From assembly GCA_021324685.1 (NCBI GenBank), contig JAJPIQ010000044.1, positions 17,066 to 81,065 on the forward strand: a DNA stretch of 64,000 nucleotides, read 5' to 3'. Below, piece by piece: positions 1 to 9,417 of this stretch; the first letter of the stretch is position 1; each line of letters opens with the position of its first letter. Below the pieces are notes generated by a model that was not told the origin of the DNA, searched no databases, and saw only the letters and a program-made list of their open reading frames with translations. The stretch is from Bacteroidota bacterium (GTDB lineage Bacteria > Bacteroidota > Ignavibacteria > Palsa-1295). A program made the position numbers and the translations under genes.

Positions 1-3000
1 TTGCGAGTTCGGTCGTCCAGGCGGCCAATGGTGACTTCGTTATAGCCTGCGGTACGAATTCGAATGATGGTGATGTCTCTGGTAACCATGGCAATGGGGA
101 TCTATGGGTTGCTGATCTGAACAACAGCGGTGGACTGCAATGGCAGAGATGTTATGGTGGAACGAAAGGAGATGTCCCAACATCCATCATTCAAACGGCA
201 GATCATGGGTTTGCCATCGCGGGATTTACTCAGTCGAACGATTGGAATGTTTTCGGAAACCATGGAGGGAATGGTGTCGGAGACGCATGGGTCCTGAAAT
301 TAGGTACTCATGGAGAACTTGAATGGCAAAAATGTTTAGGTGGAACCCAAGACGACGAGGCTCTTGCCGTCGTTCAAAATTCCGATAGTGCCTATACGAT
401 CGGAGGTTGGACGAACTCCAATGATGGTGATGTTTCGAATAACCACGGAAAATATGACGCATGGATCGTGCAATTTTCACCACCGCCACCGCCCCCTACC
501 ATCGCCTATATCACCCCGGATGCCGGCGCTCCCGGAATGTGTGTTGCGGTCGAAATTATCGCTCCTGCGAACATGCAGGGGACGTTCGGTGACGATCAAA
601 TGTACGTCAGCGATTCGGCGGTAGCCGATACGCTCGTGGAACTTACGCGACCGAGCGATACTGCGCTCGTGCGCCTCGGACCCTCGATCGTAAGCTGGAA
701 TGGGCGGATGATCCAGCAAATGTTCCTGATCGAGCCGTTGGCAAAACAGATTGATACGGAAGTCTATTTTCGCGTCATTTGGAATGGGCAGTCGAGCGCC
801 ACCGACAGTTTCCGGATCCTCACTCCAAAGCATCTTGGGGTGATGTCGGGCGGCGCTATGCTTCCGGCTAATCTTCGGACCAGCCGCAACACGATGGTTG
901 TCGATTCAATGATTCTGAACAACGGACTTTATACTCTTCCGCAAAGCGATCCGGATAATAATACAAACGGAAACCAGGGCTTTCTACCGTTGCGTATTCT
1001 TTCGATGGGTCCGATTGTATTCAATCATGCAGGCCTTCACGCCGATGGTTCGCCAGGCCTTACGGGTACAGGCGGTGGTGCCGGAGGAGCTGGCGGCGGC
1101 GGCGGCGGAAGTGGCTATCCGGGTAAAGGTGGCGACGGCTACACCGGCGGTGGGGGCGATAACGATGGTACGAACGGGCCCGGTGGCGAGGGAACGGGAT
1201 CTTTTACTGGCAGCAATAATTGGGATGGCGGTTCGAGTTTGAACGGCGTAAGCGGTGGAGCGGGGGAACAGCACTCAGGTCTCAGCGGCGACGATGGCGG
1301 CGGCGGCGGAACCGGTCATCCCTTTGGATCGAGTGGTCAGCATGGGAACGCTTCCTCCAGTCCGGCCGGGGGATATGGCGGAGGCTCGGCCGGTGGAAGT
1401 ACATCAAATTATACGACGAATTATGGCGGCGGCGGCGGCGGATATTCGACAGCAGGAATGGCCGGAGCCGGAACAGGGTCCAATGCCGGGAATATCGTTG
1501 GTAATCCAATGCTCATACCCCTGGCGGGCGGGTCCGGCGGGGGAGCTGGGAACCAGACGTATGTCTCTCTTTTCGGCGGACAGGGCGGTTGTGGCGGAGG
1601 TGGCGGTGGGGCAATTGAACTGACGAGCTTCTCGCATGTAACGTTATCCATCTCGGGAGTCTCGGCGAACGGAGGCAGCGGTTCGAGTGGCATCTACACG
1701 GTAGAACCGGCAGCCGGCGGAGGTGGCGGCTCCGGTGGGGCGGTCGCGATCAGCGCGCGCGATTCGGTCGCCTTCGACCCAAATAGTTCTATCAGCGTGA
1801 CTCATGGTAATGACGGCGGGGGCAGCAACCGCGGCGGTTTGGGCGGCGAAGGACGCATTCGTATCAATGGCTTCGTTTCCAGTTCCCAAAGTTCTAATAG
1901 CCGCTTATACTTTGTCGATTCGATCGGCTATACCGGTCCTTCCATTCAACGCATCTCCTTCACGCCGGATTCGGCAAAAGTTCACGGCTATGCAGAGTAT
2001 TGGGATTCCGTCCCAGCAAACCCGCTCGATATTGAAGTGTATTACGCCTGGCCCAGCGCGCCGAGTTGGCAATCAGTTCATGCGACGCCACGGGTCGATC
2101 CCCGAAGCCATACGGCGCAATGGGATGCGGAATTTCCGATTTCTGCCAACCCGAGGGATACCGAACTCTATGCCGTTGCAGTGCAGAATGAAAGTGTTCA
2201 AACCGGAACATTTGCAGATGTTCCTTATGCGGTACTATCCCATACAAGCGGCATGATCGCAAAGGTCACCGGCCCGCCGAAAATGGTCGTGCGAACGACG
2301 ACGATAAATTTCGGGAATATTCTTATCGATTCGTGCTCGAGCGATACCACACTATTTATTTATTCGACCGGGAAATCGGACTTAATCATCGATTCGGCTC
2401 ATTTCACTCCGCCGATTCCCGATTTTAAAATTAAGACTACATTCCCGCAAACAGTCCATACCGGCGATTGGCTGAAAGTGACCCTTTCGTTTTGTCCGAC
2501 GGCGGTCAAATGCCCGATCGCGAGCACACTCGACCTGTTCTCCAACGGTGGCGATACGGCGATCGCCCTGACGGGTTGTGGTGTCCAGCCGGAGATGGAT
2601 ATTCATCCCGATACCCTCGATTTCGGTCGCGTGCATGTCGGCGATTGTAAAGATTCGTTCGTGGTCGTATCGAATCCCGGCAAGGACACGCTTAAAATTT
2701 CTGCCGAACTCATTCAAACGACATTTCCCTCGACGCTGGGATATTTCAGCGGACTCGACCCGCTCCCACTTTTTGTCCCTCCAGGCGATAGCGTTCATTT
2801 GAACCTGCGCTTCTGCGCAATGGATACCAATACGCGGACCGCACTCGACTCGATCTATGGCAATGCGCCGCAAAGCCCGTTCGGGCTCGTCCTGATGGGT
2901 GAAGGAAAAATTGGCGTGCTTTCGGTTCCATTCGTTCTCGACTTTGGCGCCGTGCATTTGGATTCCTGCAAAGATTCAGGATTTTATGCAGTCAATACCG

Positions 3001-4886
3001 GTAACGATTCACTGATCGTTACGAGCGCGAGCATTCCGATCGTGACGAATTTCACGATCCTTTCGCCGGCTACGCCGTTCGTGCTTATGCCGAATGACAG
3101 CATGTTTATTGCCGTGCGTTTTTGTTCGAGCGATACCGGCCGTTTCTCCGCGGTCTCGACCTTGGGAACCGATGTGCCGACCTCGGATTCGACGATCCTT
3201 CTTGCGCACACCGGGATTGGCATCCTTCAGATGCTTAATCTAATCGACTTTGGGAACGTTCCCACCGGCGGCTGCGCGGACACGAATATTGTGCTGAAAA
3301 ATATTGGCGCGGACACGCTCGTACTCGAACCAACTTCCGACGTGACGCCTCCATTCTCGTATAAAGGTCCGGCAAAAGTAACATTGGCTCCGGGTGAAGC
3401 GATTACCGTTCCCTTGTATTTTTGCCCCCAGGATACCAACGAAGCCATCGAGACGACGCTTTTCGATACTGTTGGTGCTGGACAGAACGTTTTGTTTACG
3501 CTTCGTGGCAAAGGTATCGAAGGGGCTCTTGCGACGTCTGGCGCTCTCGACGTTGGATGTATCCCCGTGGGAACCGATACGACCATACGAGTCACGATCC
3601 ACAATACCGGTACCGCCGCGCTCGATAGTCTCATGGCTTTGATCGTCCCGTCGAGTGTAGCGACGATCGTTCATGCGCCACCGACCTCCCTTGCGGCAGG
3701 CGCGGCGGATTCGATCGTGATCGTTATTCCGGCCTCCACGGTCGGAGCAATTTCCGGAACGCTTGCGATTGCCTGGCGCGGCAGCACTGGAATTACTCTA
3801 CCTATTACCGGGAATGTATCTCCGAAACCGGGGATAACGGCGCTCGACACCTCAATTGTGTTCGATACGACGAATATCGGCGATTCGAGCGTCACACAGT
3901 GTCTGCGCGTGACAAATTATTCGTGCATACCAATCGGCGTGTCATCGCTCAGCATTACTGGCGCGTTGCCGGGCGAGTTCGAAATCGTTTCCGATAACGT
4001 TGGCGGTTCGCTCGTCGATAGTGCGGTTGGAACGATTTGTATTCGTTACCGGCCGTTACGTTCGGGAGTGGCAACAGGCGAACTCTCGATCGTTAGTAAC
4101 ACCGATACGCTCCCGGTTGCATCCCTCTCCGGATTCGGGAAGGGGAACCCACTCGGGGTGGAGTTGAAACTCGACACTGTTTCGGGCCGGCCCGGTGAAA
4201 TTGTAACGCTTCCCGTCCGGACGGTGAATGACGTTACAAGTGCGGCAATCACCTCCCTTACATTCCGCGTGACATTTAATCCGATGCAACTCGATATGAA
4301 AGCACTGGCATCGCCCGTTGTACTTGGAATTATCCCGGCCTCTGCTTCGGGAACGTCGGCGACGTACTCGGTAAAGACGTATTCCATCGGCGACAAGGAA
4401 GTTACAGTGAAATTCGCTTCTCCCCTCGTGGGAGCGCCTGTGGTCGCTCAGCTTCCGTTCGAAATTCTGGAACCGACGGCGAGTACGGCTGCCATTCATT
4501 TGAAGAGCGCCACATTCGGGGCCTCTGCGGCCTCCCTCATGACGGCGTTCGATGGCGAGATCGCGATCGAGCAATGCGATACCAACGACCGGGTTTCACT
4601 TGGAATGAATCCCGTCGATGTTTCGCAAAACAATCCGAATCCATTTCATTCGGAGACGGATGTTGCTCTCACGGTCAATGTCGCGGGTCATGTTACAATC
4701 GATCTTTATAATGCACTCGGAACGAAGATCGCTACCCCTTTCGACGAGGATCTCCCCATAGGCTCAAAGAACGTTCCCGTCGATGCCCGTACGCTGCCGG
4801 GGGGTGTTTATCGATATATCGTCACCTGGACGGGGCCCCAACCGGAATTGCGAGTATCGAAGACGATGGTCGTGCTTGGCGAATAA
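1..4886 (+). CDS. Giant secreted cell-surface protein, 5'-partial (reading frame open from window start; first in-frame Met at 468). N-terminal SBBP-type beta-propeller repeats, Pro-rich linker, Gly-rich region, tandem Ig-like 'DFGxVxxGxC...NxGxxxL' domains, T9SS C-terminal sorting domain
   Basis: Frame 3 is open from nt 3. Translation 'SNDGDVSGNHGNGDLWVADL...DAWVLKLGTHGELEWQKCLGG' matches SBBP repeat logic (DAxVxKL...GG). Poly-Pro at ~475-500. Gly-rich GGGAGGAGGGGGGSGYPGKGG block ~1050-1870. At least 8 repeats of 'LDFG.V..G.C.D......N.G.D.L'. The last ~85 aa 'NPFHSETDVALTVN...VYRYIVTWTG' is a typical T9SS CTD. Confidence 0.8.
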   Translation, partial: ASSVVQAANGDFVIACGTNSNDGDVSGNHGNGDLWVADLNNSGGLQWQRCYGGTKGDVPTSIIQTADHGFAIAGFTQSNDWNVFGNHGGNGVGDAWVLKLGTHGELEWQKCLGGTQDDEALAVVQNSDSAYTIGGWTNSNDGDVSNNHGKYDAWIVQFSPPPPPPTIAYITPDAGAPGMCVAVEIIAPANMQGTFGDDQMYVSDSAVADTLVELTRPSDTALVRLGPSIVSWNGRMIQQMFLIEPLAKQIDTEVYFRVIWNGQSSATDSFRILTPKHLGVMSGGAMLPANLRTSRNTMVVDSMILNNGLYTLPQSDPDNNTNGNQGFLPLRILSMGPIVFNHAGLHADGSPGLTGTGGGAGGAGGGGGGSGYPGKGGDGYTGGGGDNDGTNGPGGEGTGSFTGSNNWDGGSSLNGVSGGAGEQHSGLSGDDGGGGGTGHPFGSSGQHGNASSSPAGGYGGGSAGGSTSNYTTNYGGGGGGYSTAGMAGAGTGSNAGNIVGNPMLIPLAGGSGGGAGNQTYVSLFGGQGGCGGGGGGAIELTSFSHVTLSISGVSANGGSGSSGIYTVEPAAGGGGGSGGAVAISARDSVAFDPNSSISVTHGNDGGGSNRGGLGGEGRIRINGFVSSSQSSNSRLYFVDSIGYTGPSIQRISFTPDSAKVHGYAEYWDSVPANPLDIEVYYAWPSAPSWQSVHATPRVDPRSHTAQWDAEFPISANPRDTELYAVAVQNESVQTGTFADVPYAVLSHTSGMIAKVTGPPKMVVRTTTINFGNILIDSCSSDTTLFIYSTGKSDLIIDSAHFTPPIPDFKIKTTFPQTVHTGDWLKVTLSFCPTAVKCPIASTLDLFSNGGDTAIALTGCGVQPEMDIHPDTLDFGRVHVGDCKDSFVVVSNPGKDTLKISAELIQTTFPSTLGYFSGLDPLPLFVPPGDSVHLNLRFCAMDTNTRTALDSIYGNAPQSPFGLVLMGEGKIGVLSVPFVLDFGAVHLDSCKDSGFYAVNTGNDSLIVTSASIPIVTNFTILSPATPFVLMPNDSMFIAVRFCSSDTGRFSAVSTLGTDVPTSDSTILLAHTGIGILQMLNLIDFGNVPTGGCADTNIVLKNIGADTLVLEPTSDVTPPFSYKGPAKVTLAPGEAITVPLYFCPQDTNEAIETTLFDTVGAGQNVLFTLRGKGIEGALATSGALDVGCIPVGTDTTIRVTIHNTGTAALDSLMALIVPSSVATIVHAPPTSLAAGAADSIVIVIPASTVGAISGTLAIAWRGSTGITLPITGNVSPKPGITALDTSIVFDTTNIGDSSVTQCLRVTNYSCIPIGVSSLSITGALPGEFEIVSDNVGGSLVDSAVGTICIRYRPLRSGVATGELSIVSNTDTLPVASLSGFGKGNPLGVELKLDTVSGRPGEIVTLPVRTVNDVTSAAITSLTFRVTFNPMQLDMKALASPVVLGIIPASASGTSATYSVKTYSIGDKEVTVKFASPLVGAPVVAQLPFEILEPTASTAAIHLKSATFGASAASLMTAFDGEIAIEQCDTNDRVSLGMNPVDVSQNNPNPFHSETDVALTVNVAGHVTIDLYNALGTKIATPFDEDLPIGSKNVPVDARTLPGGVYRYIVTWTGPQPELRVSKTMVVLGE

Positions 4887-4961
4887 CCCGCTTTCCCCGA
4901 GTTTCAGGAACGTCCCATTATCGAACGGCGGTTCTCTTTTTCCATTTTATTCACACCGATT

Positions 4962-6857
4962 ATGAAACGTCGCCTCTTCACCGTTGTCCTTGGTTTCCTT
5001 ATTGTTATCAGTTATTCGCTCTCGTCGACCCCTTCGGCGTTTGCGCGAAAGATCCCATTACGCGATTTTTTTAAGAACCCCGAACGCACCGCCTACGAGC
5101 TTTCGCCGGACGGGAAGTATTATGCGTTCCTCGCGCCGTATGAAAAGCGACTGAACATTTTTGTCGTGGCGCGCTCCGGCGGGGAACCGATTCGTCTTAC
5201 GAACGAGACCTCGCGTGACATCGCCGGATACTGGTGGAAAGGGAACGATCGCCTACTGTTTATGCGCGACAACAATGGCGATGAGAACTATCATCTCTAT
5301 TCGGTCTCGCGGGACGGAAAGGCGATCACCGACCTGACCCCCTTCGATAGCACGACCGTGCAGGTCGTCGATGGGATGATCGATCACGATAATGAAATCC
5401 TGATCGCAACGAACCAGCGCGACCATGAGATATTCGACGTCTATCATTTGGACCTCACGACGAATAAACTGCGCCTGGTGGCGCAAAACCCGGGTAACAT
5501 CAGTGGATGGGTTACCGATCACAATGGAAACCTGCGCGTCGCAACGACCACCGATGGTGTGAATACCTCGCTCCTGTATCGCGACAATGAAACGGATACC
5601 TTTCGGACAATTATTACGACCGATTTCAAGGAAAATCTTTCGCCGCTCTTTTTTACGTTCGACAATAAAAATCTGTATTGCTCGAGCAACCTGGGGCGCG
5701 ATAAGTCGGCGATCGTCATTATTGACCCCCGTACCGGAAAGGAACTTTCCGTCGTCTATGAAAACTCGGAGGTCGACGTTTCCGATCTCAATTATTCGCA
5801 CAAGCGCAAGGTCCTGACGTTTGCGGACTACGAAACGGACAAAGTTCATAATTATTATCTCGATCCTGAGACCGAAGCGATGCACAAAAAGCTCGAAGCG
5901 AAGCTTCCTGGCTATGAAGTGGTAGTGACGAGCTACGACCGCAACGAAGATTTATTTATTGTTCGAAACTATAACGATCGTTCGGTCGGCAGTATTTATC
6001 TCTACGATGCGAACGCCGATAAGCTCACCAAAGTGAGCGATATTCGCCCGTGGCTACATGAGGCAGAACTCGCAGAAATGAAGCCAATCACTTTTACATC
6101 ACGCGATGGCCTGGTGTTGCACGGGTATCTTACGCTTCCCAAAGGCTCCAATGGCAAGCACTTACCCATCATTGTCAATCCGCATGGAGGACCGTGGGCG
6201 CGGGATAGTTGGGGCTACGATCCGGAAGTTCAGCTCTTTGCGAATCGTGGTTATGGCGTCCTGCAAATCAATTTCCGCGGCTCGACCGGCTATGGCAAAA
6301 AATTCTGGGAAGCTTCCTTCCATCAGTGGGGCAAAACGATGCAAAATGATATCAGCGATGGCGTTCAGTGGCTGATACAGCAGGGCATTGCCGATCCCAA
6401 GCGGATCGCGATCTATGGTGGAAGCTACGGTGGCTACGCTACGCTTGCCGGGGTTGCGTTCACGCCGGACCTTTATTCCTGTGCGATCGACTACTGCGGT
6501 GTTGCAAATCTTTTCACGTTTATGAAAACGATCCCGCCGTATTGGAAACCCTATCTCGATATGTTCCATGAAATGGTAGGCGATCCAAAAAAAGACAGCG
6601 TTCTATTAGCGGAAGCATCCCCGGTCCTCCATGCCGACCAGATTAAAGTCCCGATGCTGGTACTGCAGGGCAAGAACGATCCACGCGTGAATATTAACGA
6701 GTCCAATCAAATGGTGGACGCGCTCAAAGCACGAGGAATCGATGTGACCTATATCGTGAAAGATAACGAAGGTCATGGGTTCCATGACGAGGAAAATCGT
6801 TTCGATGCCTACGAAGCGATGGAATCCTTCCTTGAGAAACATTTGCCGGTCGACTAA
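4962..6857 (+). CDS. S9 family serine peptidase (prolyl oligopeptidase / dipeptidyl aminopeptidase-like), signal peptide
   Basis: N-terminal signal peptide. Beta-propeller N-domain followed by alpha/beta hydrolase with HGGP, nucleophile elbow 'GGSYGGY', and catalytic His in 'DNEGHGF'. Confidence 0.9.
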   Translation: MKRRLFTVVLGFLIVISYSLSSTPSAFARKIPLRDFFKNPERTAYELSPDGKYYAFLAPYEKRLNIFVVARSGGEPIRLTNETSRDIAGYWWKGNDRLLFMRDNNGDENYHLYSVSRDGKAITDLTPFDSTTVQVVDGMIDHDNEILIATNQRDHEIFDVYHLDLTTNKLRLVAQNPGNISGWVTDHNGNLRVATTTDGVNTSLLYRDNETDTFRTIITTDFKENLSPLFFTFDNKNLYCSSNLGRDKSAIVIIDPRTGKELSVVYENSEVDVSDLNYSHKRKVLTFADYETDKVHNYYLDPETEAMHKKLEAKLPGYEVVVTSYDRNEDLFIVRNYNDRSVGSIYLYDANADKLTKVSDIRPWLHEAELAEMKPITFTSRDGLVLHGYLTLPKGSNGKHLPIIVNPHGGPWARDSWGYDPEVQLFANRGYGVLQINFRGSTGYGKKFWEASFHQWGKTMQNDISDGVQWLIQQGIADPKRIAIYGGSYGGYATLAGVAFTPDLYSCAIDYCGVANLFTFMKTIPPYWKPYLDMFHEMVGDPKKDSVLLAEASPVLHADQIKVPMLVLQGKNDPRVNINESNQMVDALKARGIDVTYIVKDNEGHGFHDEENRFDAYEAMESFLEKHLPVD

Positions 6858-6871
6858 CCGATAGGAATACC

Positions 6872-7285
6872 ATGGTCTTTGTGACACGGAAAGCGCATTT
6901 CTCGGCCGCACACCGCCTTTTCAATCCTGAATTTACGGATGAAGAAAATGAGCGCATCTTCGATAAGTGTAACAATCCGAGGGGCCATGGGCATAATTAC
7001 ACGATCGAGGTAACAGTGGCCGGCGAGCCGGACCCCAAAACAGGATACGTCATCGATCTCAAAAAACTGGGCGAGTTGATCGATGACGTAATCCTTTCGA
7101 AAGTCGATCATAAACACCTGAACTACGATGTCCCTGAACTAAAAGGAATCATTCCTACGGCCGAGAACATCGCGCTCACATTCTGGAACCTACTCGAGCC
7201 GCATATTCACTCCGGGAAACTCTCCAAAATCCGCGTTGCCGAAAGCGATAATAATTTTGCAGAGTATAGGGGCGTGGGATACTAA
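6872..7285 (+). CDS. queD: 6-carboxy-5,6,7,8-tetrahydropterin synthase / 6-pyruvoyl-tetrahydropterin synthase family (COG0720)
   Basis: 137 aa. Motif 'CNNPRGHGHNY' (Cys-x5-HGH zinc site) is identical in style to PTPS/QueD. Size and ending are typical for the family. Confidence 0.85.
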   Translation: MVFVTRKAHFSAAHRLFNPEFTDEENERIFDKCNNPRGHGHNYTIEVTVAGEPDPKTGYVIDLKKLGELIDDVILSKVDHKHLNYDVPELKGIIPTAENIALTFWNLLEPHIHSGKLSKIRVAESDNNFAEYRGVGY

Positions 7286-7396
7286 CGCATCACAATCTTT
7301 TCGTTGAACTCGTTTGAAATGCCTTCTGAACGTTGAGAGTCGCGAAGAAGGCTGCTTTTGAATAATTTGCCCTTGTGGGGTCTGAAGTCCGATACT

Positions 7397-8092
7397 TCAA
7401 AACACTCCAGGTACCAACCGCCACCTGTGCGTTTCGCAATATTCTGAATACCCTGGAAGCTCTTTGCGTAGAAGGTGCTCTTCATCGAAAAGCCGCCATA
7501 TGATAAATGGGAACATGAGTCCGAGCGCGGCAAAGCCCCAGTAGGATCCGAGGGCAAGTGGAATGCCGATGCAATAGAGCATTGCACCGGCGTACATCGG
7601 GTGACGAACGACGGCATACGGTCCTGTCGCGATCACTTTTTGTTCTTCCATGACCTGGATCGTTGCAGCAGCAAAGGAATTTTCTCTGAAGACAATAAAA
7701 ACGATATAGAATCCTATTGCGATGAAGAGATTGCCTGCGACCACAAGTATCACAGGGACTCCTGCCGTCCATTGCAACCGCCGGTCGAGCGCCGGAACGA
7801 TAAGCAGCCCGATAAATCCGATCGAAGCGAATACCATAATGATCTTTTGTGTCGTTTCTTTTTCGGCCGTCGGGCCACCGGACATGCGGCGTTGTAAAAG
7901 TGCAGGATCGTGCCGATTGGCATAAGCCGTATGGAATGCTCCCGCCAGAAAAAAAACAATGAGAAAGAGCCACGCCTGCCAGTAGTCGATCGTTCCGGCG
8001 GAAACGAAAATGAGCAGGGCCATGACAAGGGCCATAATCGCAAGCGAGAGCCACGCTTTGAGAGCGAGATGTTTCAACGTTCGTCTCAACAC
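7397..8092 (-). CDS. Isoprenylcysteine carboxyl methyltransferase (ICMT)/phospholipid methyltransferase family membrane protein
   Basis: Multi-TM protein. C-terminal signature 'VVRHPMY....EE..L...G..Y..Y....RLVP' is characteristic of the ICMT/PEMT superfamily. Confidence 0.7.
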   Translation of the reverse strand: MLRRTLKHLALKAWLSLAIMALVMALLIFVSAGTIDYWQAWLFLIVFFLAGAFHTAYANRHDPALLQRRMSGGPTAEKETTQKIIMVFASIGFIGLLIVPALDRRLQWTAGVPVILVVAGNLFIAIGFYIVFIVFRENSFAAATIQVMEEQKVIATGPYAVVRHPMYAGAMLYCIGIPLALGSYWGFAALGLMFPFIIWRLFDEEHLLRKELPGYSEYCETHRWRLVPGVF

Positions 8093-8145
8093 CTGTCGCG
8101 TACCTAAAGGTCACGCGACCTTTAGGCACAAAACGCAAACGGTTT

Positions 8146-9366
8146 TTATTCGTATCTCAGGGCTTCGATAGGGTTCAGGCGTGCGGCTTTGCGTGCCGGA
8201 TACCAGCCAAAGAAAATCCCGACGAAGGAAGCCGCCGCAAACGAAAGTCCCACGGCCTGTGGTGAAATTACAAGGATCCAGCCGTTCGATTTTGAGACGA
8301 ACGCGGAGGCGAGGTACCCGAGAATGACCCCGATGAGTCCGCCAACTAAGCTTAGCGTAATGGCTTCCGTGAGGAACTGGAGCAAAATATTGAGTTGCTT
8401 CGCCCCAATCGATTTTCGAATGCCAATTTCGCGGGTCCGTTCGGTAACGCTCACAAGCATAATATTCATGATGCCAATACCGCCTACGAGGAGGGAAATG
8501 ATCGAAGCGGCGGCCAGGAGGTTCGTCATGGTTGCCGTGCTTTGTTCCGCCGCCTGTGCCAGTTCCACTTGAGAACGGATCTGGAAATCGTTGTCGTCGT
8601 TTGGAAGCAACCGATGCTGTTGGCGCAGGATGTCGGTGGCATCCTGCGTCGCAACGTTCGTGGCTTCGGGGGAGATGGTGCTCGCCATGATCTGATTCGT
8701 CCACGTAATGCCCATAAGCTTACGCTGGACGGTGGCAAAGGGGGCAATAATGATGTCGTCCTGATCCTGGCCAAACGAGTTAGAACCTTTTTCCTGCAGC
8801 ACTCCGATCACCGTGAACGGTTCCTGTTTAATACGGACGGACTGGCCGATCGGGTTCACGCCTTCGCCGAAGAGATTGGTAACGACGGTTTTCCCGAGGA
8901 TACAAACTTTCGTTCCCGTACGCGCATCGGCGTCCGTAAAATCGCTCCCTTCGACGATCGGCCAGTTCCGAACGACGAAGTAGTCCGGCGTCGCCCCGGT
9001 AATCCGGGTTGCCCAGTTATTGCTTCCAGCGACGACCTGGACACTGGTAGAAACAACCGGTGTGACCGCCGAAAGCCAGTCGGATTTTTTGAGCGCATTG
9101 GCGTCGTCTTCCGTAAGGTGCTGGCTTCCGCCGGCGCCCGAGGAGATACCCCCCATGTTCGTGGCGCCGGGAAAAATAAGAAGGGCGTTCGTTCCCATCG
9201 AATTGATCTGGTTTTGCACGGCTTGTGAGGCACCCTGGCCGATCGCTGTCATGGTAATGACGGCACCCACACCAATGATAATGCCGAGCATGGTCAGCGC
9301 CGCTCGAACCTTGTTCGAAGCCAGCGACTGAAAAGCCATGACAACGCTATTGATAATTTGTGTCAC
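8146..9366 (-). CDS. ABC transporter permease, MacB/FtsX-like (MacB periplasmic domain + FtsX 4-TM domain)
   Basis: N-terminal TM 'ALTMLGIIIGVGAVI', large periplasmic domain, and a C-terminal 3-TM FtsX-like region ending '...PARKAARLNPIEALRYE', typical for MacB-family permeases. Confidence 0.9.
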   Translation of the reverse strand: MTQIINSVVMAFQSLASNKVRAALTMLGIIIGVGAVITMTAIGQGASQAVQNQINSMGTNALLIFPGATNMGGISSGAGGSQHLTEDDANALKKSDWLSAVTPVVSTSVQVVAGSNNWATRITGATPDYFVVRNWPIVEGSDFTDADARTGTKVCILGKTVVTNLFGEGVNPIGQSVRIKQEPFTVIGVLQEKGSNSFGQDQDDIIIAPFATVQRKLMGITWTNQIMASTISPEATNVATQDATDILRQQHRLLPNDDNDFQIRSQVELAQAAEQSTATMTNLLAAASIISLLVGGIGIMNIMLVSVTERTREIGIRKSIGAKQLNILLQFLTEAITLSLVGGLIGVILGYLASAFVSKSNGWILVISPQAVGLSFAAASFVGIFFGWYPARKAARLNPIEALRYE

Positions 9367-9417
9367 GATTGTATCCGCTTATCTTTCCCGATTCTATTTT
9401 ATCGTTCTTAATCTTAT

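Noticed and set aside
1030-1870. Gly-rich segment of the giant protein as a possible collagen-like or CRISPR-like nucleotide repeat
   Set aside because: There is no Gly-X-Y triplet periodicity and no spacer/repeat structure at the DNA level. It is a glycine-rich protein segment within one continuous ORF.
7482-8138. 218-aa minus-strand ORF overlapping the ICMT-family gene in another frame
   Set aside because: The 7397..8092 frame has ICMT signature motifs and TM helices. The alternative frame is Arg/Cys-rich with no features.
8395-9228. 277-aa plus-strand ORF antisense to the MacB-like permease
   Set aside because: Shadow ORF. The permease frame has clear TM/FtsX topology.
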